DNA of 32,220 nucleotides from Diploschistes diacapsis (taxonomy: Eukaryota). Below are positions 23,669-32,220 of the stretch, piece by piece. The stretch spans positions 1 through 32,220 of the forward strand of contig JALAIB010000108.1 in assembly GCA_023645945.1 (NCBI GenBank), in the 5' to 3' direction. A program made the position numbers and the translations under genes. How positions within the stretch are numbered: position 1 is the stretch's first letter; each line of letters starts with the position of its first letter. The notes beneath the pieces are model-generated. The model ran no database searches. It worked only from the letters and a program-made list of their open reading frames with translations, and was not told where the DNA came from.

Positions 23669-24717
23669 ATGCTATCTCACGATGGTGACGCCGCTCCCCC
23701 ACCTCCCGCCTCGAACGGCGACACCGAAGGCCATCCGCCAACCCCAACCGGCGACACCAACGAGCACCTCCCCGACTCCTCCGGCTTCGCCTTCACGCCC
23801 ACCCTGCGCACCGGGCCCACAACCACCACGTCCCCGGCCAACAACCCGCTCGGGCCCTCCTTCGCCGTCTGCATCATCGGCGCTTCTCGCGGCATTGGCG
23901 CGGCCATCGCCCTGGCATACGCCTGCGCCGGCGCCGCGACGCTGATCCTGACCGCAACAACCCGCGCCGGTCTCGCTTCCATCACAGACGAAATCCGCTC
24001 CGTCGCGCCCGCCGCCCGCGTCCTCGCCGTCGCCTGCGACGTCTCCCAGGACGCGAACGTGCACGCGCTCGCGCAGGCGATCTGCACGCAAGTCCCCGGC
24101 GCGCGCCTCGACGCGGTTGTGGTCAATGCGGCGCACTACGGCGAGCTGGTCACTGACATCACCGGGGGAAGCCCCGCCGAGTTCCAGAAGTGCATGGATA
24201 TCAACGCGACCGGCGTGTACCTGGCCGCGCACCACCTGGTGCCCCTACTCATGGCGACGCAAGACGGCGCACGTACGTTCCTTGGCGTCAGCAGCCTCGC
24301 AGCCTGGTTGACGGGCGGCCTCGTCGCGCATTTGGCTGTATGTGTTAGTAAGCTGGCGCAGGTTAGAGTTATCGAGCACCTCGCCGAGCAGTACGGGGAC
24401 AAGGGGATATGCGCTCTGAGCGTGCACCCGGGATGCGTCAAGACGGATATGGCCAAGGCGGCGCCGCCGGAGTTTGAAAAGTGTGAGTCGAGCGCGGATC
24501 GCTGTCGTTGGACGTGTTCGGAGGAGGCTGACGTGCGGCAGACTTGGTTGACGAGCCTGGGCTGTGTGGAGCCATGTGTGTTTGGATAACGAAGCACCGT
24601 TTGACTTGGTTGAACGGCCGCTTTGTTTCGGCTACGTGGGATGCTGATGAGATCTTGGAGAGGAAGGAAGCTATTATCAAGAAGGATATGCTGAAAGCGC
24701 GTCTCATTGTTTCGTAG
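23669..24717 (+). CDS. Short-chain dehydrogenase/reductase 3 (~329 aa), atypical: VxxxK instead of YxxxK
   Basis: Exons 23669-24482 and 24542-24717. IGASRGIG, CDVS, VVVNAA, GVSSLAA, AVCVSKLAQ, SVHPGCVKT, WLNGRFVSATWD. Start codon less certain. Confidence 0.88.
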
Positions 24718-24909
24718 ATAGTCTCGATATATAGTTTAACGTTGGAGCAGGACCTAGTCTAGGTCTATAGATCACGCAAGCTCAAACCCATGCCCTTTGA
24801 AGAGACTACAATTGAGTCCATACAATAACTAGTACACCCCGGCTTTCTCCACCTGCAGGGGATATCGCACAGCGCGGAGAAATACGCAGATAGAGTGCTT
24901 ATTAAAGTC

Positions 24910-26827
24910 TCAAAGCCCAATCCTTTTCGTAAACCTTGCGTTCAGATGGGGCTTCCACCACTGTACATGTACATGGCTCGAGCCTTCGAAATCCATTTGC
25001 TCATCGATCAGAGCAATATCGTAAGTGAAGAGTAATTTTGCTAGTATAGAAGACATCTCCATGAACGCAAAGCTGAGACGCGCCACTGTTAGACCAAGTC
25101 GGCATAGGGACTGGAACGCGAAACTCACTTTCTACCGAGACACCCACGTGGGCCTAGAGAAAATGGCTGGCTAGCCTCCTTGACATCTGTGCTTTCGAGA
25201 TCGAGCCATCGTTCAGGGGTAAAGCTGTACGGCTTCTCGAAATTTTGTGGGTCGTGTGTTACGGTCCAGGCGCTTGTATACACTTCAGTCTATGGAGGGT
25301 CAGATCAAAGCTGATTTGAGGGAGGTATAGGAATAATGACCCCGGCTGGTACCCAGAACCCGTCGACATAGGCCCCTGGAGATGTCCTTGGGAAACCTTG
25401 AGATCCGGGAGGAAAGATGCGCAGACCCTCATTAATTACGGCCTGAAGGTAAGGCAGTTGTAGAGCCGCGGACGCATCAATCTCTTCATAGCTTTGAAAC
25501 CGATCACGAATCTCTGCTTTCAGCTTCTGCAAAGCGCCGGGTGTTTTGCAAAGATAGTATGTCGTCGCCGTCAAGAAAGTGGCAACTGTCTCTCCGCCAG
25601 CGATACTGCGAAAACATGAGGCTGGCTTCATAAGATGCTAACGTAGTCATACTTACACCAGTGTCGAACTATGCGCTGTCATCTCCTCTCTAGAGATTTC
25701 CCCATCTTCTACCTTTGCAGCGACGTTGGACAAGAAGTCCCTTCGGCTGGTTCCGCTATTCAGACGCCTGCGCACACAATTGTCAGTCTCTAAAGCCAAT
25801 ACTGACACCGTGGGAAAGCTCACGCTGCCACCTTGGCTCTACTAAGATTTGAGTGTTTGTCTCGAACGTCTGAGAGGAACTTTGGAAGAACCAGTTGGCC
25901 TAGTCGGCGGACAAAGGGATACCTTCGCAAGTTATCTATTACTGTAATCGCCCAGATATGTTTCGAAAGCATTTCCTGCCAGAAATGTGGATGCCCTGAA
26001 ATCATTCAGTCTGACTCTGGCACCCTTAGGTGAGTAGCTGTCTTTCTTTACTCACCGCTTTCTATGGAGCCGAATGACTCGCCAAATGCCATTTCTCCCA
26101 GAAGGTCAAAGGCAACCATTTCATACCAGTCGGTCATGTTCAAGCCTCCCTTTGAGTCGCCAAGCTGGCCAACCCGTGCAATGAATCTATCGATAACCTC
26201 CTGTATGATACTTTCTTGCTCGTACAATGCCTTTGCTGAAAACATTCCAGCCAATGATCGCTTCATACGATTGTGCTCCATAGGGTTTCTCGTACTGCCA
26301 ATGCATAAGCTGTCAAAACCAGTTCCGTAAATATCGTAAAATTCGCTCTTGATGAACGGTTGTTTGCCAGGCCATGGTCCATAGATATCCTTCCAAGATT
26401 TGACAGAAGCGAATGACAACTCGTTAGGCGAAACGCGAAAGACGGTTCCTACAATCACTCAATTCTGCGCTATAAGTGGCACAGTTCCATGCCCATTACC
26501 ATATTTTCGATGCTGTTTCTCGATTTCTCTGTGAAACCGACCAGCTGAAGAATGCCTAATCCTCCAAAACTACCGCATTGTGTAAGTGAAAGCAATTCGA
26601 TGTCTGCAGATATGAGCCCACCAACGACCACCTTGCAAGCCGTGGCCCAGGGAAGCCCGCAAGGGGGTGGAACCAGCCATTGTACACCACATAGGTCAAG
26701 ACATACAACGATATCTGCAGAAAGCTTAGCGAAGTGCTTGTCGAAGTCTCATAGGCCTTACAAGTCCAAGGACCATATATGTCCATGATCCTTTGGAGCT
26801 GAGTAATCCTTGCAGTACGTTGGCCAT
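24910..26827 (-). CDS. Cytochrome P450 monooxygenase C (Tri11/CYP65-like group, paralog of P450 B)
   Basis: Nine exons starting MANVLQGLLSSKGSWTYMVLGL|ISLYVLTYVVYNGWFHPLAGFPGP. SPNELSF, FDLLGEMAFGE, AGGETV, EGLR, PERW, FSLGPRGCLGR. Confidence 0.93.
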
Positions 26828-27411
26828 TTTGCTGAGCCCCGTACCTTGCGAGCTGCACAAGCAGATTTCTCTGTGCAAAGAGATTATACAAGTGTCTTCA
26901 GCGCCAAGAATGGATCGGATGGATCTCTCTAGAGGAAGAGGAATCTAGGAGTGAATCGCGAAGCGTCGAGTGCGTCTCTGCAACCCGCATTGTTTGTTGA
27001 TCTAGAATCTTTTTGGGAACTCGTGTATTTGGTTATCGGGCATTACCAGGCATTGAGATTGTGCTTATTTTTAGTTGGTTGATTTCTCTTCATCATCCTC
27101 TCAGAACAGCATGGCATGGCATGCATCGGGAGCAATGCAGATTGGTATCGATTGCGAGGTAAACAAGTGCCTGACAGCATCGGGGGGTAGCTTGATTGGG
27201 AACCGTGCGAGCGCCCGCTTCGGCTTCTTCAACTAGTTGCTCTTTATTTTTCCTTCCGAAAACGGGTAAGAGCCGCAAGCCCGTGTAAAGGGTGAGAGTT
27301 AATACAATAGACACCTGAACGAGAAAAGAAGTATTATTCGTAAGTCTCTCGTGTAATATTCACTATCCCCATTGCTCTCTATTATCAGCATCAGGGTCCC
27401 ATTCTACCAAA

Positions 27412-28733
27412 ATGCCTTCTACAATTTTCGAACAACAGCCCCTTTCCAGCAACGGCGTAGGGAACGACCTGATTGTGGAATTGAAGAACCAGTTCAAGAG
27501 CGAACTCAAGTTCGAGCTATACCAGGAGCTGAGAACCGCGTTGGATTCCACAAACGGCAACACGAATGGCTCGATCAATGGTACGGCTAGTGGCACCACC
27601 AATGGCACCACCAATGACACAACCAACGGGACGACCAATGGACGCCCCAGCAGTAACGGGAACGCATCTCCAAGAGTTCCAGAAAGTATATTCACGCCCA
27701 TCTACCATCCAATCATGGAAGATGCCATCCGGGACGTCGACGGCTACTTTCTTCAACAGTGGCACTTTCCAGACATGAAGTCGCGAAAGAAGTTCGTGGC
27801 GGCCGGCTTTTCTAGAGTCACATGCCTTTACTTTCCCAAGGCCCTCAACGAGCGCATCAGAATGGCCTGCTCGCTGCTTACCATTCTTTTCCTCATTGAT
27901 GGTAAGAAAAGAAGCTTCCCTAATCCACACGTGAAGCTGTTGCTGATGCTCTGCACAAGATCAACTTGAAGACATGTCTCTCCAGGATGGCGAGGCCTAC
28001 AACAACAGCCTCATGCCTCTGTGTAGAGGAACCCAGAAGCCGAACCGCAGCGTGCCGGTGCAGTGGATGATGTACGACATCTGGGAAGACATGCGTGCCT
28101 GCGACAAGGAGCTCGCAGAACAGGTCCTGGAGCCCGTCTTCCTATTCATGCGTGCGCAGACGTCCAAGGAAAGACTCACGGTGCATGGTCTCGGGCGCTA
28201 CTTGAAGTACCGCCAGGGAGACGTTGGCCAAGCGTAAGTCTGCTGCGTTCATCTGATGCCGTCTCGATGCCATCATCGGTATTTCAATGTTTAGATTGCT
28301 GACAGTTTGAAGGCTATTGTCCGCATTGATGAAGTTTTCCATGGGCCTGTCTCTCTCCGACGCTGATCTAGCATCAGTCAGCCTGGTAGAGAAGAACTGT
28401 GGCCGTCACATTTCCATTGTGAACGACATCTACAGCTACGAGAAGGAACTATACACGTCCCAAACAGCACACAAGGAAGGGGGCTACCTGTGCTCTGCCG
28501 TGCCAATCTTTGCCGAAGAGACAGACTTGAGCATCGCTGCTGCAAAGCGTGGCCTCTGGACGCTGGTGCGCGAGTGGGAATACATCCACAACGAGCTGGT
28601 TCGGGAGCGAATCAATGCACCAGAGGGCTGCAGCGAGACGGTGAAGGCATACATGAATGGACTGGAATACCACATGTCGGGCAACGAGCTTTGGTCCAAA
28701 ACAACCAAGCGGTATCAGGTTGTTGGACCATGA
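27412..28733 (+). CDS. ari1: Class I sesquiterpene cyclase, aristolochene synthase family (~394 aa)
   Basis: Exons 27412-27901, 27960-28233, 28313-28733. KKFVAAGFSRVTCLYFPKA, Asp-rich LIDDQLE, EPVFLFMRAQT, NSE triad NDIYSYEKE, GLEYHMSGNELWS and RY pair, all closely matching Aspergillus terreus / Penicillium roqueforti aristolochene synthases as recalled. Product specificity not proven. Confidence 0.93.
27550..27642 (+). repeat. Coding 12-bp degenerate tandem repeat (TNGx)n in the cyclase N-terminus
   Basis: Encodes TNGNTNGSINGTASGTTNGTTNDTTNGTTNG; e.g. GGCACCACCAAT repeated. Confidence 0.8.
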
Positions 28734-29021
28734 GAGCACGGAGCGGGAGAGGTCACCAGAGCAGAGATGGCTGCAGGGGTTGTAGGAACAGCGATTTCTT
28801 TGATCTGTCAGTCAGATATCTTTTCTGGCAGGGACATAAGCCTACACGGGCACAGTCGGGGTTGTTTTGGTCCGACTCGTCAACGGGCCGGGCCGGTTTG
28901 GCCATACATGCCTGTGATTGAGATGTGATTGAGCCGGCCTTATCTGGATACAACATGTCCAAGCTCCCCACGCTTTCTCTATGCAAATTCTATGCGAATC
29001 CAAATAGTCATTAGTCATATA

Positions 29022-30693
29022 TCATTGTCGGTCAAAGATCCTTCCAGGCCGTGTTCCGAATAATGCCAGTTGCTCTTTAATCCTCGCAGTGGTCTTCTCT
29101 ACGAGCAATAGATGCGTATCCCATTTGTGTTGGCTTAAAATATTGCGGACATGGTGCAAAAACCTTAGCAAGAGCGAGAGTTGCAACCTGGTCACGCCTC
29201 CGAACACCGCAGGCTCTTCTTCTACATCAAATTCATAGCCGTGAAGGTTCATTGGACCCGTCCCGGTGTCCAAGTTCTCTCCATGCTGGTACTGTCTAGG
29301 AGACAATGAGACGCTGTACTGTCGCTCAGGAAATTGGTGCGAGGACGCCCTGGCAGTCTGATGCTCAGTGTGAATATCGTTATGTTGCTCGTTGAACTGC
29401 TCCACGAGAAGCTCTAGTACTCTTTCGTACGCATCCACGAGGTTCTTCGAAACTACAACGAGCAGCATGACAAAGCTTGAGGAGCTGATGCAGCGCTTGC
29501 AGCCCAACAATTGTCTACAGCGCGCCAGCGTATGTTTACTGAGACGCAGTATGCAAGAGATGCCAGGCCGCAGGATGGACACGTTGTGGATGCTGATGGC
29601 TTCGAGCATTGATAGAGCTGATTTGACGCATTGGCACGATTCGCCGGATAAGAAGGTGTAGTCGGTCTGCCGCTCATTACCCGAAGAGAAAGTATCTGGA
29701 GCCATATCCCGAGTATATGCAATTCGACCCACTGTGGCGAGCGAGCTAGATTGAAAGTTTTGAGAATTCTGGGTTCGAGCTGTTTTGGCGGGAGGTACCA
29801 GAGCCGTGTTGGCTGAATATAGAAATGACAGATCAGTATCAGATACTTGTGTGGAGCCTGAAAAGCGATTGGGAGAATCTACATTTTCTTGGAATTAGCC
29901 ACCGATCTTGCCTAGAAAGCAGTACAATGAAAGGAATCAATATAGCATTGGCGACTTACTTCTCTGGCGGTGGGAATCCGTGTTCGCACTATTACTATCA
30001 CCACTCGAAGTTGGTGCTGTTGCATTAACAAGGTTGCCCAATCGATGCGAGCCAAAGTTCTCATTGGCATACGGGTCTTCCCAAATGTCCACTCCCAAGC
30101 CATTTTCGATGTTGAACATGTTGATATCTGTGTCAAACAATGTCTCGCCTGGAAAGCTTGTATTCTCTTCCACCTCAAAGCGGTTTGCCGCGACTGGAGC
30201 ATGGCTTATCACTCCTTCCATACCTACAGACGATATACCTGGGAGTTCTTGGTTTGCAGGACGTTGCTCTGTCTCAGATGTCTCAGGCTGTGCACCAAGT
30301 CTTGGAGCAGAAGTGTTCACGGGCGTCGCTGGAGTTGTTGCGCTCTTCCCACTCTCTTTACCACGGTTGTTGATAGCTCCCAACCTGGATATGGGACTGA
30401 AGGCCCCTGGCTTTTTGGATTTTACAGCATGATTGCTATTGTTGCGTGGTTCTTTCTCGGCCAGAGCTGCATAATGACAGTGGGAGCCTCTGGAAAGACA
30501 TCGATCACAGCCACTTGCTTCACCAGTACATTTCAGCTGAAGACGATTAGTAAATGGCAAGGCTTCGAGCACACTCAGCAACGTAAAATACCTTCTTTGC
30601 ACGACAATTGACACAAGCGAGATGGAATATGGGTCTGACTTCTACATTGTCAAATGAGTTCTTCTCCGGATTGATCTGTAAGGTCGCGTACAT
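29022..30693 (-). CDS. Zn(II)2Cys6 pathway-specific transcription factor (~489 aa)
   Basis: Exons 30693-30592, 30536-29960, 29812-29022 join in frame. Binuclear cluster ACVNCRAKK|LKCTGEASGCDRCLSRGSHCHY; C-terminal CQC...CRQLLGCKRC region of the kind seen in AflR-like cluster regulators. Confidence 0.92.
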
Positions 30694-31293
30694 TGCGTCT
30701 CAACGCAGACAGAAATCTACCAAACACAAGTACTGACATTGGAATATATAGAATCAGAGTACTAAAGCTGCTTATCTTCCAGATGGTGGGTTGTATCAAC
30801 AAGTTACATTCGGATGAACGTTAGGCAAAGGCTGAGGCAATCTGCCAATGAGAGGATGCCAGGTTGAGCGATAAGATTGATACTCTTGCGTGGTTCAAGA
30901 GTAGCTGGCGTAGATGAAGTGATTTGAGCCCAGACGAAGGTAAAAAGTTTGCCGTACTGAACGGCCCACTTCTATCGCTGCTTCCATGGCTTCTTACCAA
31001 GTTGAGAGGTGTTGCCAGAGAGAATCATACCATATCCACTAGCTACTGACCGCTCAGTTGCTGCGTAACTTGGCATTTCTGACACCGATGGGTCGAACTC
31101 AGTTAAGACTAAAGACATAATCGACAGTGGGGGCTAAGAAGGCGGCATTTAGATATGTGGTGGTATTCTGCCTTGTGGAGCCGCTAGTGGACAATTTTGA
31201 TGGTAATCTGGCTTAACCGCCGCGATTGCCGAGGTACCTATAGTTGTCAACAATTTAGATAGAAATTACAATCGCTTTACAGTTTATAAGGTT

Positions 31294-31426
31294 TGTTGAG
31301 CAGGCAGACGGAAGTCATGGCTATAAACTCGTCTAGATTCCAAAAAATTTACTACTAGACCGATTAAGAATAGTATAAATGTCAGATTATTAATCTAAAC
31401 GGGTTAGTCTGTTTAACTAGGCAACA
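31294..31426. mobile_element. 133-bp degenerate fold-back element, TGTTG...CAACA termini
   Basis: Starts TGTTGAGCAGGCAGACGGAAGTCATGGCT (related to 31976 onwards); internal inverted pair AACTCGTCTAGATT / AATCTAAACGGGTT; ends GGCAACA. Confidence 0.45.
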
Positions 31427-31975
31427 CTAGTAAAGCCCCTGAAGGTTCTTTAACCTTTCAGGACACGTCACTAACAACTATTTAAACATTCTATTAACTA
31501 TAGTCAAGCATCCTACTAGTAGTTATGGATTACTAGGTGGGATTACAGATGGTCTAGATCATTAGATCATTAGTCCAAATATTAGATTAATGATCTAATA
31601 ATACTAGGACCATGGATCCAATATAGGGGGAAATTAGATCCACTATATTGGGCATATTAGATCCCAATTGTAACAGCGGGGGTAGTGCCTAATAGGTAGC
31701 GCTATCCCACTGAGCCAAAAGACTAACCACAATGCTTTCAGGAACCCTGAAAGCATTGTTTCCCTATTACACTATATGTAGGTGCGTGGCTGTGGCAGTA
31801 GGTGGCAGATGTGTAACCCCGCAGGCCTTACACTAATATGTTGGATTATGGGGCGCATAATGTTGGATTATAAATCCAACATTATCGGAGATTAAATGTA
31901 TATTAATCACTAGGCGTTGGTTAGGTGAAATATGTCTATTAAAGACTTCTCACCTCCCAGCTTTACTAACGCTAT
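31427..31975. repeat. AT-rich, TpA-rich repeat mosaic with short hairpins and TAGATC/TGGATC repeats
   Basis: Perfect hairpins at 31729-31759 (14-bp stem) and 31857-31885 (13-bp stem), imperfect CCTGAAGGTT/AACCTTTCAGG near 31438-31462, repeated TAGATCAT/TAGATCC units at 31546-31665; no ORF. Confidence 0.65.
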
Positions 31976-32108
31976 TGTTGAGCAGACGGCAGAAGGCATG
32001 GCTGGGAGTTCAACTGAGTTCCAGAAGGAGGTTCAGTTCAGCTAAATTGAATCCTCGATTAGAACTCAGTTGAACTCCCAACCATGTTTTCTATTTATTT
32101 GTTCAATA
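31976..32108. mobile_element. 133-bp fold-back (MITE-like) element with ~60-bp arms
   Basis: CATGGCTGGGAGTTCAACTGAGTTC pairs with GAACTCAGTTGAACTCCCAACCATG (1 mismatch in 25). Outer arms differ mostly by transitions; termini TGTTG...CAATA. Confidence 0.7.
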
Positions 32109-32220
32109 TTCATTCCTTCATAGGCGGAATCGTTTAGCATATTGTTACGATCCGAGGTAACTAGGTAGTAGTTACTCGGTACGTCATAGCTAACCGGGGC
32201 GTTCCCCGACCATCCCTTCT

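Noticed and set aside
8265..30693. Many short ORF-track fragments suggesting pseudogenised P450, oxidase, cyclase and TF genes
   Set aside because: All join in frame through plausible introns; no frameshift or internal stop remained after manual splicing.
8265..30693. Assigning prx gene symbols, naming the product as PR toxin, or claiming horizontal transfer
   Set aside because: Needs alignments, phylogeny and chemistry I cannot run; only the family-level parallel is supported.
31546..31665. Spaced short repeats resembling a CRISPR-like array
   Set aside because: Eukaryotic context, irregular 6-8 bp units, no constant repeat-spacer structure.
32143..32220. TGTTACG start with a small hairpin, resembling an LTR 5' end
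   Set aside because: Truncated by the window edge; no second LTR, PBS or coding sequence to support it.

Overview
Filamentous ascomycete genomic DNA, with short GT-AG introns carrying CTRAY branch points and RIP-like AT-rich relics. Positions 1-8009 hold the 3' end of a TTC1-like TPR gene, a 5-exon fungal hypothetical gene, two apparently decayed genes and a histidine-acid-phosphatase (3-phytase) gene. Positions 8265-30693 hold a compact, apparently complete 11-gene sesquiterpenoid biosynthetic cluster: an aristolochene-synthase-family cyclase, three cytochrome P450s, three short-chain dehydrogenases (one lacking the catalytic Tyr), an HxxxD acyltransferase, a secreted BBE-type FAD oxidase, an MFS exporter and a Zn2Cys6 regulator. 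This inventory closely parallels the PR-toxin/eremofortin (eremophilane) clusters of Penicillium; the product is not determinable from sequence alone. Two non-autonomous TIR elements sit inside the cluster (12131-12339, 19795-20452), and a hairpin-rich repeat mosaic (31294-32220) marks its right edge. All gene models were spliced by hand and family calls come from motif recognition, not database searches.
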